Source: Eledone cirrhosa (Eukaryota). From it: a stretch of 64,000 nt of DNA. A program made the translations under genes and the position numbers. Location of the stretch: contig OZ024747.1 of NCBI GenBank assembly GCA_964016885.1, forward strand, positions 16,368,001 to 16,432,000, given 5' to 3'. The notes under the pieces are model-generated. The model saw only the letters and a list, made by a program, of their open reading frames with translations, made no database searches and was not told the origin of the DNA. Each line of letters begins with the position of its first letter. Position 1 is the stretch's first letter. This document shows positions 15,691 through 29,533 of the stretch, in pieces.

Positions 15691-16473
15691 ATGAAATCGA
15701 AAATGCAACTGGAGTCTTCTTTTAAAAAAAAAAATATATTTATTTGGTTCCTTTACCAGTTACGCAGTTCTTCTGCTTTTCAAAAGTAGAGTTGAGATGG
15801 AGTGTGTGTATGTGTATGTTTATATGTTTTGGTGTATATCTCGAATAATCTATTATTGAAAATCGTTGTTCTGTGTTATGCCATATATTCTTTTGTGGCT
15901 TATCAATATGCATAAACCACCTTTATCATAGATTAATCATTTCTCCAGAATTCGCTTATAAAGGCATTCCTTCAAATCACATAAGAAGTGTTTACCAAAG
16001 AAATGCAAACTATTGACTGCTTCTAAATAAAGACAATCATTAGGTCGATAAGGTGTCTTATATTTTTTATAGAAATATATCCCACCAGCACATCTCTATT
16101 TTCTCAGCAATAGTTTTACTTCCATTTGTCTTTATTAATACCGAAACTGCCCTATCTCAGTGCAATCATTAACACTGCATACCTTCCATTCACATGCCTA
16201 ATATACTCCTCCAATGTCACACTAAATTTTAATCATAGACCTCTACCTTAGAAATTGTTAACCTATGTTTATTTCGCATAAAACGCATTGAACCAGAATT
16301 ACTTTTAAAGAAGAACCAGGAATTCTTATGGAATTTCGATTCTACAAAAACCTATATGTTCCCCAGAGAAATATTTACCAGATTACCTAATATCCTGCTG
16401 ACCCCCTGTCCTCCCATACACGCACCTACTTACATATACACACATTGACAAACACGCACACGCACACACACAT

Positions 16474-16531
<58 letters not shown>

Positions 16532-16548
16532 GTGTGCTTATATATATA

Positions 16549-16663
<115 letters not shown>

Positions 16664-17465
16664 GTATACTTACTATATCTTAAAAGTCTAAACGAAGTAG
16701 TTACAATCAGTAATATCTCAAATCTTCTCAATCAAGTATGACATGGCTCGAAGCCACAACATTAAAAATACGGAATCTACTCCAGTAAGTTGGACTATTA
16801 GATTCTAACTGCTTTATGACGAACATACCTTACTATACAAATAAATGTAACCCAAAACTCAATTGTATTTTATTGTGGGTTTTAATCACTAAAGTAGTCA
16901 GTAAAATCTCATCTATATTGTACTCTGTACCCAGACTGTACAGCCATTACGAGGAAGTATAAAAAGTAACATACTGCTAATTCAAATCTACCTTTGATGA
17001 TTACAAATAACTACTGTAACTCACATCAGGCATTCAGTGTACTATCTCTGAATGATATTTTATTTATAAATTGTTTTGAAATTTTTGTTAGCTTTATATC
17101 TTTAAATTTTGCGCTCATAAAATATAAATAAAACTGAATTAAATTGATTAATTATGTTACAGTATTCGTAGAATTGTTTATATATTACGGCAAAAAACAC
17201 ACGAACCCTTTTTTTATGGATATATCTCTGAATAACAAAGAAAACTTTTATTTTATCGATCATGTAAAATAAACCAAATTGAATGTATGTAGATAGAAAT
17301 ATTTTTCTTCTCAACAAGTTTCATATGTTTTAGTATATAATGAACATTGAATAAAATATAAGCATCTTTTAACATAAAAAATTCATAAAATAAAACATAA
17401 CTTCAAAATTCATTTGTAATATTATTTTTCTATTACTGTTTTTAAAGCGTATATGTTTATATTAC

Positions 17466-17548
17466 TTCATCCTTACGGGGTCGATAAAATAAAGTACCAG
17501 TAATGCACTGGGTAATTGCTGGCCTTGTGCCTAAAGTAGAAACAATTA
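17466..17548 (+). mobile_element. SINE 3' fragment
   Basis: Core and tail match the copy at 21211-21400. Confidence 0.8.
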
Positions 17549-18277
17549 ATATTAAATATATGTCCATTAAATGATAAGTAGATTTCTACACATAATCTTT
17601 AATAAAATAAAAAATGTCATCGAACATATCATTTAGCTCATAATTTCATATAATCTTCACAACTGACTATATATATAATCACCTAGTCATCAGAAATGTC
17701 AATCATTTTTTTTCTGATATTAACGTCACAATTTTGCCTACTGTTGTTGATCAAGTGTTTGTTTTTACTGGTAGATACGGTCGGTTTTATGTAAATGATT
17801 TCCACATACACGGAAGGACAGCATCGAGCACAACATTAAATCCCTTTGTGACTAATGGCAGGAAGGGCCGAACTTATCCTCTTATAAATGTAAGATTGAT
17901 CTTTTGAGCGAACTGGCGGAATAATAGCAATGTAGGATAATCCAATAAATGCACACAACTTTGGGGATTAAATATGATAAAGGACATAATATAACAGCAA
18001 ACAAGAAGGGTGGTTCATCCGGTAATTTTCCATAAAGTTTTTGTCTAATAAAATAAAACTTACAAATATTTGCTACATCCGAGGGTACTTTAAAAAGGCT
18101 CTTGTCTAATGTGCGGCTCAATTGAATATAAACTGAAAGTTTGTTTCTCTGAAGCGGCGTTCTCCTACATAGAAATGACACACCCGAAAGATTTATGTAA
18201 ATTATGTAAACTATATATATTTGTTTGTGTTTATATTGTATCTGTATTATTTTTGACCGTCGGTCAGTCAATGGCAA

Positions 18278-18410
18278 CATTGAGGACCGAGTAAGTTAGA
18301 TCGCAGATATGAAAGACAGCGAGAAGCGAAAACCAACCACACAGTGAGTGTGTTCTGTTATTAATTCTGGCAATATTACGCAAATATGACCCTCCCCAAG
18401 TATAACAATA
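18278..18410. repeat. Dispersed repeat (other copies at 26635-26750 and, reversed, ~49555-49620)
   Basis: Shared gagatataaaagatacag..aaaccaacca..gagtgtgttct.ttatt..ttctggcaat...ccccaagtataacaata. Confidence 0.6.
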
Positions 18411-18426
18411 TATATATATATATATA

Positions 18427-18701
18427 TATATTAATAAAAGCAATTCCAAAATTGTCTGATTTTCTCGTTTTATTTACGATCCTTTAAAATTTATAATGGT
18501 ATTATAATGAAATAGTATGGTAGAATATTAAATGTTAAGTGTTAATTGAACAAGTACTTTCATGCTTTCGCAATCTTCATGTTCATAATGTTTGGTGACA
18601 GTCAAGTTTGCAATTTTCAACTTTTAAAGTATTTAAAATTTTAAAGGATTGTAAATAAAACGAGTAAATCAGACAAAGTTGGAATTCCTTTTATTAATAT
18701 A
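18427..18701. mobile_element. Short element with ~65-bp imperfect inverted termini enclosing a minimal HHR (family F, minus strand 18547-18585)
   Basis: 18427-18492 pairs with 18636-18701. Minus strand: tgaac-ATGAAGA-tTGC gaaa GCAt-GAAA-GTAC-TT-gttca. Confidence 0.65.
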
Positions 18702-18732
18702 ATCTTCTATACACAATCATACACACCCGTGT

Positions 18733-18813
<81 letters not shown>

Positions 18814-18871
18814 AACATACCACACACACAGAGACACACTCACGCACACACACACATACACACACGCACAC

Positions 18872-18924
<53 letters not shown>

Positions 18925-19271
18925 ACATATAATATAATGTCGAATTATCTAACTATAAACCGCTAATATGCATTATCTATATTAATTTATGATGTATATT
19001 AAATTATGATCGGCAATTATTTCAATGAGATTTTATATGTTTTGATTCTGTTTTTAGTACTTTTTTTGCTTTAACATTTTTTAGAAAACGACGTAACGTG
19101 GAGTAAATTGACTTAACCCGAGCTTTAGTTTTGCTTTAAATATTGAGGAACAGCACCGTTACTTCGAAAATAGGAAGATCCTGTTACTACTCAGGTGAGG
19201 CTCGAGAGGAACATTGCTCAACATATAGCCATTAAATGAATATTTAAACTCAACTCATGTAACACACGCAT

Positions 19272-19311
<40 letters not shown>

Positions 19312-19336
19312 GTGTGTGTGTATGTATGTGGGTGTG

Positions 19337-19478
<142 letters not shown>

Positions 19479-21210
19479 CTGCTTATTACTAATATATAAT
19501 ACACAGAAACGTACCCGGGAATCACCCTTTTCACTAACCGCCATTAATCAACACCATCACTACCTAATGCCTTCCATACACACACGTACAAATATACATA
19601 ATGCCATCTGCATATGTGTAATAAATAGTTCAAAATAGAGCAAGATGAAGTGTTCAAGAATGTCTTGAAAATTTAATTAAATAACATCAGTGTGGAAAGA
19701 TTAGTGTTATAGAATCAAAGAGAATTTAGCGTATGGATGACACAGCTGTCAGCCTTTGTGTAATTAAAAGTTGGCTTCACAAATACATGACTTCGAGTCC
19801 AATAGAAGTGCACAGATGGATAGGGGAAGTGATACATGTGTGGATTTGTTATTGAATGTGGGCAGGTCGTTATATCGCTTGAATGTGTAATATATTGGAA
19901 ACATATATAACTTCAGATAATGTCTCTCTTTAATGCTTAATTTCAGATATCTCTATTCTTTTAAAACACGTTACTATACAAATACAAACGCTCATAAATT
20001 TGGTCATTAAAAACTAAGCAGAACAGAGGAGAGAGTTATGTGATGAATTACGATGCAACGTATATTACTCTAATGAATATAAGCTGTGAGCTATGTTCTG
20101 AATATTAAAAAAAGGCTGATTACTCGATAGATTTTACCGCACCTTTGACAAAACAATATAAATAAATATATGTGAGAATGTTCCCTTGTGAGAATTTAAT
20201 CACATATTTTATGATGTATACAAATTAGGACATATCGATCGAACTTTCATAAATCAACACATGTATTCAATATACATTAATTACTGACTACTTTGTGCAC
20301 TGCATATCATCAGCCCGTAATTTGATATATGAGGTACAATCCCTATTATGTGTATGCAATTTAACCTCACCATCATAAAAAACATCAATCCGTGTTTTTT
20401 TTAACATGTACTAGCAAGCACATTAGTACCCAACAGGTTTGTTGACACTTTTTATACATTACCAATAAATAGGGTCTATTAATATTTATTATTTTCCATG
20501 ACAATAGACAAGTGTTTCATTTGAAATACTTCACAGATCATTCGCCACCGAATGAACTAATTTGCAACCAAATTATGTTTATTAAATGAATGTATAGCAT
20601 AAATGCTCCCTGTAGCTTATTAAGTATGAATTCAATAATCAGCATAATTTCGAATATTTTTAACAGCGAGACAAATGTGCATTCTGAAACACACACCCAA
20701 CAACACACATGCACACATATGTACACACGCACACGCAAACACACACATAGACACACACACACGCACATACACACACATACTACAGACATACTGTGTATAT
20801 ATATGTGCAGTAATGTTGGGGAACGTATCGTCTAGTTCATTTTTGTCACGTATGTCTAGTTCATTTTTTTTTATTTCTCACTCTATCTTCTGATGAATGA
20901 GTAGTGTTCCAATCGTAAATACTCTTTCCTTACACTATCGAGCGTCAAACTGATATATTTCGTATATGACCAGCACGTGAGACACCATTTGCTCATAATA
21001 ATGAGAGATGGAGGTGATGACAATGGGAGTTCGGCTCCTCTGTGTTTGGATCTGGTGTACGTGCATCTTCATGCTTACTGCCATATCATTTAGACTATAT
21101 TATTTAGTCAATATATATATATATATATAACAAAGGAATTGTGGTAAGGAACCAAATGGACCATAACGCACTAGAGTACTCAATACTTAGGGTAGTAGAG
21201 TGGGAAACAG

Positions 21211-21400
21211 GGCGGTAAATTGGCAGTATCGGTAGAGGGTCGGACGCCATGCTTTCCAGCATAGTTACGTCCCTTTACGATCTGAGTTCAAATCCCGCCG
21301 AGGTTGACTTTGCCTTTCAGCCTTACGGGGTCGATAAAATAAAGTACCAGTAATGCACTGGGTAATTGCTGGCCTTGTGCCTAAAGTAGAAACAATTATT
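21211..21400 (+). mobile_element. Full-length tRNA-derived SINE (Deu/Nin-domain-like core)
   Basis: A-box TGGCAGTATCGG, B-box GAGTTCAAATCCC, core gcctttcagccttacggggtcgataaaataaagtaccag, tail tagaaacaattatt. Confidence 0.88.
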
Positions 21401-21403
21401 TAG

Positions 21404-21466
<63 letters not shown>

Positions 21467-22124
21467 AGAGAGAGTGAGAGGAAAAGAGTCAGGACCCCAC
21501 TCTACTAACCTAAGTATCGAGTACTCTGGTGCATTATGGTCCACCTGGTATCTTACCACACCTTTGATATATATATGTATAGATGATTATGTGTCCATGA
21601 ACGTGGGTGTATGTGTGGAGCTGATTGTTATTGAGACACATTTCTATGCCCGTCAATCGCTCAAACAATATTGGTAATATTGGCCATTTCTCTTAAATAT
21701 ATTTAATCAAGCATAGTTGTTTTCTTAATGTCTGGGAATTATTTTCCATTTTTATTCAAAATTGCAGCAAATTGCAGAACATGTATATATATGTACGAAT
21801 TTCTAGCAGGCAGCATTGAGATATCCCATGTGACTTTCTTATAGAATTTCATGCTACTAGCGAATTTGTAATATATTTCTAACCTAAGTTTTACACACAC
21901 GCAAAGCCACACGCAATGTACGTACGCGCATAGGCATAGCCATAGACATATCTGAGTGTATGTGTACATGTGTGCGCGTGAGTGTATGTGTAGCACTTTT
22001 GTTCCGTTTATATATATATAATTTATATTATTTATCTATGTTCATAAACGGAACAAAAGTGGTACACACACTAGATATATATATATATATATATATATCT
22101 AAGGCGGGTAAAATTCCCGAGATC

Positions 22125-22258
22125 CATGGACGAGTTCTCTCTAGCGGTCTCTGTCCCTCATTATCGCTGCCATGTCCTGCGTCTCCAACAGACCAGTGTC
22201 TGTCCTTAGGGCATCAACATACGTTAACCTTGGTCTTCTTCTTCTAGTGTGTCCATGT
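22125..22258 (-). mobile_element. RTE-clade LINE 3' fragment
   Basis: HGHTRRRRPRLTYVDALRTDTGL...MRDRDR resembles the RTE ORF C-terminus (G.R..GRP...; M.DR..W). Confidence 0.6.
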
Positions 22259-22264
22259 ATATAT

Positions 22265-22440
22265 ATAGGAAAAAGTATGACCCCGACGGCAGAGCTTATG
22301 CCGTTTCGACGGCTATTTCTGAGAAATAGCCGTCGAAACGGCTTGAGCTCTGCCGTCGGGGTCATACGTTTTCCTATTTCCCACTCTACTACTCTAAGTA
22401 TTGAGTACTCTGGTACCTTACAACAATTCCTTTGTTATAT
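22265..22440. mobile_element. GC-rich fold-back element, family G
   Basis: Hairpin 22265-22377 (loop TGA at 22320-22) with 3' extension cccactctactac.ctaagtattgagtact, then (TA)n. Relatives lie at 26403-26575 and 31651-31820, with partial copies at 21128-21208 (-), 21490-21560 and 33024-33123 (-). Confidence 0.75.
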
Positions 22441-23271
22441 ATATATATATATATAGTGGAGTATGTGTGCATTGATATGCCTTTATGTCTACTGTATTCT
22501 ATACTTATATTTGAGTTCGTACTTTGGAAAAAATACCAATATCTATTGCATGAGTTTGAAAAAAAACAACTCAGTAATCTTACCTTATGTTATGGGATTG
22601 TATAAACAATTATTGTCTAATGCGCTACACCGAAAAAATCCTACATGAAAACAAAATACATCTCATTTTTATTGTTAATATTTGTCATTCATATCACTGT
22701 TTCGTAGTTGTTAGCTAGCTTCCAATTTATATCTTCCTATCACACTTAATGTAAATAAACAGACATTAAATCTTTTTTTTTTTTTTTTTTTTTTTTTGTA
22801 ATCCGGAATTATTATGTCTCTTATTCGTTGCTATTATGGAAATAAAATGAGATGCATATTATTTTTATTATTCAGTTTGTCTCCTTGTATGTGAGAGATT
22901 ATATGTTCAATGTTGTTATTTTCATTATTAATACAATTACTGATAATACTCTCGTCATTTGTATTTTTCCATTCACTGTAATTCTCATCCTGCACTACTA
23001 TTATCAACATCGTGCTCACAACAACAACCATTTCAGCCGCCTTTTTTTTTACTTCGTATGATTTGGTAGAATGCAACATATTCTCACTAATGCTTTTAGT
23101 TTGTTGTCAAGAGGTTTGCAGCATTAGTGGGATTGTAGTTTCTTTATAAACATATGGTTCGCAGTGATATTTAACTCAGTGCATTCAGAGCCCAACAATC
23201 TAACATTTCATCATGATAAAAGAAAATAAAGTAGTAGTAGTAGTAGTAGTAGTAGTAACAGTAGTAGTAGT

Positions 23272-23701
23272 AATGGTTTCTGACTTAGGCACACGACCAA
23301 CACATTAAGGGAGGAAAAAGTCAATAAAATCGAGTCCAGTGAATTAATGGCACTTTATTTTATCGACACCGTGAGGATAAAAGGAAAAGCTAACCACGGC
23401 AGGATTTGAACTCAGAACAAAACATGTTCTCCGACGCTCTGCCGGTACTGCATAATGATAATTATTATCATTTGGCAACAAATGAGGTGGATTGGTACAA
23501 CCGGTAGAACTTAGGACATCATGGTTTGCAGCATATAGTTTCCAGCCTTTACTTGCTGAGTTCAAATCCCGCCGAGGTTAGCTTTGCCTTTCATCCTCAC
23601 GGTGTCTATAAAATAAAGTACCAGACCCACGCTGGGGTCGATTTACTCGACGTTACCCTCTACCAAATTTGCTGACCCTGTGCCTAAATCAGAAACTATT
23701 A
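23272..23701. mobile_element. Two diverged SINE copies head-to-head (23272-23450 minus; 23483-23701 plus)
   Basis: Both carry the B-box and the ctttcatcct..gtcgataaaataaagt core, in opposite orientations. Confidence 0.75.
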
Positions 23702-24073
23702 TTTGACCACAAGGGCCGAGACATTAAGGGCAATACAAAAAAGATAACGTCTAACAATAAGCAATTCAATTGGTTGGCCCTCCTTACTAATACGAAGATT
23801 TGTATATGTCGTTTTTTTTTTGCAATTGATATTTTTGTGTTCGTTTTCATTTGTCTGTGGCTGGTGGTTTGTGTGGTAATGTTCATGGTGGTGTGTATGG
23901 TGTTTGTGTTGCGAAGTAAGATGGTTGTGGACGTGGTACTGTTTGAAAAGTGTTTGTGTTTGTGCGTTTTGAACTTCATATTCACTAGGAGATGTAGAGT
24001 TGCAAGTGTGTGATAATTATCAGGTGCAAGTGGTAGACGGCTATTCTGTTTTGAGGACACAACATTTCTGTGC

Positions 24074-24124
24074 AAGAAGAAGAAGAAGAAGAAGAAGAAG
24101 AAGAAGAAGAAGAAGAAGAAGAAG

Positions 24125-24205
<81 letters not shown>

Positions 24206-24208
24206 AAT
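24074..24208. repeat. Compound (GAA)n(CAA)n(CGACAA)n microsatellite
   Basis: Direct inspection. Confidence 0.95.
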
Positions 24209-26303
24209 ACCAACAAATGAAGCAGACTTGGAATTTGAACTTGAAAATGCGCACCTAGACAACCCTGAAGAGGAGAAAACTAATGAAAAATACGAATAAC
24301 ATGCCAGATAAGGAACTGATATGAACGAATTATATCAAACACATGCATACAAATATTAAAGAATCAATGAACTAGACAGTGTTTAATACAGAGTGTAAAT
24401 ATATGATGATAAATAAATACTATAAACGAATACGATTATTACTTAAGACTACTAAATGGGAATAAAATGTTAACAGGGATTCTAGCGATCCCAGTAATAA
24501 GCCCCAGCTTTGGAATGTTCAAGTGGACACTGATAGAACGCACAGGCCTAAACAGGAAATAGGGACATCATCAAGAACATACCATCTAATATCTGATGTC
24601 GAAAGTTTATACTATCTAGGAACACAGGGTATGAGTGTTTTTTTCATAAAAGGAAAGCTATTATGAAATATATATTGTAGAATTATAAACATATCTAATG
24701 GAAAATGATAGAAAGTTAAACGAAATAGCGAAAGAAAATATTCTTTTCTATTTTCAAGAAATACAGGTAATTCGAAATAGAAGCCGAATTGACAGGGAAT
24801 TCAAAGGGAAAATGAAAACACAACAAATACAACAGAAATTATGCAAAACAATAAAATCTGAGGTGGAAATAAATCTCCAGCAGGCCATTCTTAAACAGTG
24901 TCAAGAGAAACCTTATAGGATCAATCCCAAATAAGCAGGGGGGAGTAATCGGCATGCATCGCTTCTCGCAGTTTTACGTTTATCAAGACTACGTATCTTA
25001 GAAATTTTGGTGCGGTTAAAATATGATAGAACCCTATAGACTTCTGCTTATACAATACATACATTTATTTGTATACCGCTATGTGGGAGCAGTAATACAC
25101 ACACACACACGCATACACACATACACAAACATACACACACACACACATGTATAAATTACTGCTTTCGCCCTGAGTGGGTTTCTCTTTCTCTCTCACTCTC
25201 TTTCTCTCTCTGTCTCCCTCTCTCCCTCTCTCTCTCTCTCTGTATATATAGACGGGCTAGATCGATACAGACAGGACCTTAAGCTGATCAATAGTAACGC
25301 ACCTCACCAGTAAATAAACGTAATGAAGGCTTAACAAATCATCCTTATATTATTATATTACACTCTGTCTAGATCTACATCTTGCTACTGACGTGGACCT
25401 AAACATCGAGTGCTCACCTGGGTAAACCTATAGTAACTTCACGTTACACTCCTTGGAAATATATATATATATTATATATATACATATACCCTCACACACA
25501 CGTTGGTATTATGCCAATACTATATATCATTTCACACCTTTTATTATTAATGTTTTGATGTTCTATTGAGAGAATCGTTTTTACTGAAAATATCGAATAA
25601 TGTACACCATTTTACCAGTATCACAAAAATACTGCTCCACCCACACACACACATTCTCACACACACACACACATATATACACACACACACATACACACGC
25701 GTACATTAACATACAAAGCGACACACACACACACACACTTCTCCGTATAAGACAAGAGCTGAAAAATATCTTTTAATGTTAAAATATCCCCCACACACTT
25801 ACAGAACATTTCTACTGACCATTCCTCTACCACGAATTACTCTGCTACACCCACACACACACACACACACTTCTCTTAATAGGCATTTGAACTGTCAACA
25901 GGCTGCGGTTCGCACACACATCCTTGCTGACCATTATCACAACAACGAACCTCTTTACTACTACTACTACACACACACATATTTGTTTTGAAAGACTTAT
26001 TTTTCAGTGACTTCTCAATCAGCCGACACAAACCTACATTTGGGGCAAAATCAATTTTTAACATTCACATGACCTCTATCGACCAATCAAAATTGTTTTG
26101 AACACAAGAATTTTTGCAACACGAATTGGCGCGAAACTTATTTTAATCCATCAGGAGCCAGTTTTTTCACATAAAACAGGTAGAATTTCCAAAACTAATC
26201 AGATTAGAGCAAACATCACGGTCGCTCTATCTCAAAATTATTTTTGAAAAGCACCTTATAAAAATGTTTGCTTGTTGTATCCCAACACTTTAAATAGAAC
26301 TTT

Positions 26304-26615
<312 letters not shown>

Positions 26616-27102
26616 CATATACATATACTGTGGAGATATGGAGATATAAAAGATACAGAAGAGAAAACCAACCAAACATTGAGTGTGTTCTCTTATTATT
26701 TCTGGCAATGTTATTACAACAATGTGACCATCCCCAAGTATAACAATACACACGAATTCATTTTAAAAACGTCGCAAAACGAATTCATCGCCGTCATTAT
26801 ATATATATACATATAAATAGATATATGTGTATATGTATGTGTTTGAGTGTGTGTATGTTTTGTGTGTATGTATCTCATTATGGGGCGGTTATCTTTTGAT
26901 TTTCACTACAAATAAGTCACATTAAATCAGCTGCGGTCACGTCATGAGAACGGAGCGATGGATATAACGTCTACAGACTAAGGTGATTCAATGTCTGCTC
27001 TAAAATTCCTGACAATGTATTAAATTAATGTACGATCTGTGCTAGGTGGCAGATGGCAATATATTTTGCCGTTCCTGGGACTTTAGCCCTAGGAAAGGAA
27101 AA

Positions 27103-27187
27103 TGCTTCTCTGATGAACTTTGCTTTTCCATTAGAAATCCAATGGATTTCTAGTGTTTTGCAAAGGGAAACCGATCGGTAAGGGCGA
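27103..27187 (+). ncRNA. Hammerhead ribozyme, family H, copy 1
   Basis: CTGATGA 27110-16; stem II ctttgc/gcaaag plus cattagaaatcc/ggatttctagtg; GAAA 27167-70; palindrome ACCGATCGGT; GUA with predicted cut after 27180; stem I tgcttct/agggcg (G-U rich). Confidence 0.75.
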
Positions 27188-27587
27188 CTTGAGTAGGTAA
27201 ATATTTAAATTATATATTTTTTTTTATTTTAAAAAGTTGGTTAAATTTTGCTTATTCTGCTTATCTTAATATTATAGTTCTGGTATGTCAAATTAATACC
27301 ATTGAACAACCCTGAATCATAGGCAACCTATATATTTCCAGGGGTACTTAGTACCCGTGGGCATATTAATTTCTTTTAATATTTTCCGTTATGTAGAGAA
27401 CAAATCTGTTGTTCTATTTAGCTGCTATTTTTAATAGTGAAGTAGACAACACGTCTATGTTTTACTTCCGCTTTTGCTACGGACTGGTTCATGTACGGGT
27501 CATTTTTCGACCTCACTCGATCTGTGCTAGCTGGCAGATGGCAATATATTTTGCCGTTCCTGGGACTTTAGCCCTAGGACAGGAAAA

Positions 27588-27672
27588 TGCTTCTCTGATG
27601 AACTTTGCTTTTCCATTAGAAATCCAATGGATTTCTAGTGTTTTGCAAAGGGAAACCGATCGGTAAGGGCGA
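27588..27672 (+). ncRNA. Hammerhead ribozyme, family H, copy 2
   Basis: Same motif as copy 1: CTGATGA 27595-27601, predicted cut after 27665. Confidence 0.75.
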
Positions 27673-27879
27673 CTTGAGTAGGTAAATATTTAAATTATAT
27701 TTTTTTATTTATTTTAAAAAATTGGTTAAATTTTGCTTGTTCTGCTTATCTTAATATTATATTTCTGGCATGTCAAATTAATACCATTGAACAACCCTGA
27801 ATCATAGACAACCTATATATTTCCAAGGGTACTTAGTACCTGTGGGCATATTAATTTCTTTTATATATATATATAAATT

Positions 27880-28067
27880 AATAAAAATAATGAATAAAAA
27901 CAAAGAAACAGTTCCTTATATTAAAAAAGTTATCATTTTACGATGGTTTCTAGGATATATATGTGTGTGTTGTTATGTATATCATATACATCTATGTAAA
28001 ACTTTTACAAACTATCAGAGGGTATATACATACCTACATATATATATGCTGTCTTCAGAAATAAAAC
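27880..28067 (-). mobile_element. Degenerate copy of the family J HHR element
   Basis: Homologous to 37845-38040. It retains CTGAAGA (28058-52), but stem III is mutated to ACCATCGT. Confidence 0.6.
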
Positions 28068-28204
28068 TTGACTCTGTTTACCTGTGTTTTTCATCGAAAG
28101 AATTTTGAATACATCTTCTCTTTCATGATATTTGGATTACATTGAGTTCCTCATACTACCGTATATTTTGGTAAATTTATCTATATATATATACATACAT
28201 ACAT

Positions 28205-29348
28205 ACATGGTGGCTGCCAACTCATTTTCGAGTACGGCCACTACTTTATATCCATGTAGGAGAACCTCTACCGATGCGATGAACGAGTGTGACTTTTTAG
28301 TCCAGCCAGCGACTTGAAAACTCTGGTACAAACACTACACTTGTGACAATTATTGACACATAGTGCTGGGCCCATGGTACCATGTGACGACAAGTGTAGA
28401 GAGATCTCCAGATATAAAGCAATGCCTGTGCCATGAAGCTTTTATAGTGAGCAAAGGCACTGCACAAATCCAGTCCCACTCTCTTAACCAAGATGATATT
28501 TACCAAAAAGAAGAACAAGTCAACATCATTGGATACCATCAGGGTTGCAGGTGTTATATCAGAGTTTTCCTTCTCCTAGAATTCTGCCTTGACAAAGGCT
28601 AAGGGGTCATCTCTCCCGGTGATTTTGGATGGCCATTGACTCTTAAGAGCTCCTTTGCCCTTTGACAGGTTTTGTTTTTAGTCCTGCAGGATGTCCAAAG
28701 TCACCCTCCTCACCAAGAAATCTTGGTGGGGTTGCCAGTTTAGTCGCCAACGACCCGACCATGAGACAGGTTGTACTGGGATACATGTTACCAGTAGCAC
28801 ATAGATATATACATACATATATACATGGTGGCTGCAAACATTGCTAACAGTATTGCAATCGCTTGTCAGATTACAGAAAACTATGCACCTTAGGCTACGG
28901 CCAGCCACACGAACCTCCAACATAAACCTGAACAAGCAATGCCTGTGCTATGAAATGTTTTTAAGTGGGTAAAGGTCTTGCATTCGACCAATCCCTCTGT
29001 CTGAGCATCAAAAACACTAACCGAAAAGGAGAACTGGTCCACATCATCGGATGCTTCCGAAGCCGCAGTTTATTTTTTCAGAGTTTCCCTCTCTTAGAAA
29101 GCTGTTGAGTCAATAACTGAGGGCCTTTCCTCGCAGGTAGAAAAAAAGAGTACGATTTGGATGGCTGTTAACTCTGTTGAGTTCTTCCACCCTTTGGCGG
29201 GCCATGTATTTCATCCCGCAGGTTGTCCAAATATCACCCTCCTCACCAAGCAAGCTCGGTGGGGTTGCCGGTTTAGTCGCCGACGACCCGACCATAAGAC
29301 ATATTGTACTGGGTTACACGTTACCAGTAGCACTCGAGAGCGAACTGA
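28205..29348 (-). mobile_element. Two diverged tandem copies of an RTE-like 5'-UTR or non-autonomous repeat (28205-28800; 28824-29348)
   Basis: Shared blocks (tcaccctcctcaccaag...ggggttgcc.gtttagtcgcc.acgacccgacca...gttaccagtagcac; cagagttt.cc; aagcaatgcctgtgc; atggtggctgc). The minus-strand motif ggagaaggaaaactctga recalls RTE 5' UTRs. A third diverged copy lies at ~55583-55810 (+). Confidence 0.5.
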
Positions 29349-29361
29349 CATATATATATAC

Positions 29362-29428
<67 letters not shown>

Positions 29429-29502
29429 CATATGTATGCAATCATGCATATATACATTCATACATACACACATACATACATACATACATGCATACATACA
29501 TA

Positions 29503-29533
<31 letters not shown>

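Larger units (their letters stand above)
27033..27863 (+). mobile_element. Retrozyme-like element: two 346-bp direct repeats, each with an HHR (family H), separated by a 139-bp spacer
   Basis: 27033-27378 matches 27518-27863 (offset 485). Each has CTGATGA-stem II-GAAA-CCGATCGG-TA. There is no ORF, and the element ends in a short (TA)n. Confidence 0.8.

Noticed and set aside
20805-21010. Possible mariner-like remnant
   Set aside because: No second TIR or transposase motif identified.
21211-21300. tRNA-like A and B boxes (also at 53475-53535)
   Set aside because: SINE heads; they do not fold into a full cloverleaf.
23985-24299. Poly-E/Q, poly-R/T and poly-C/S ORFs
   Set aside because: Trinucleotide microsatellite open in all frames, with no domain or splice evidence.
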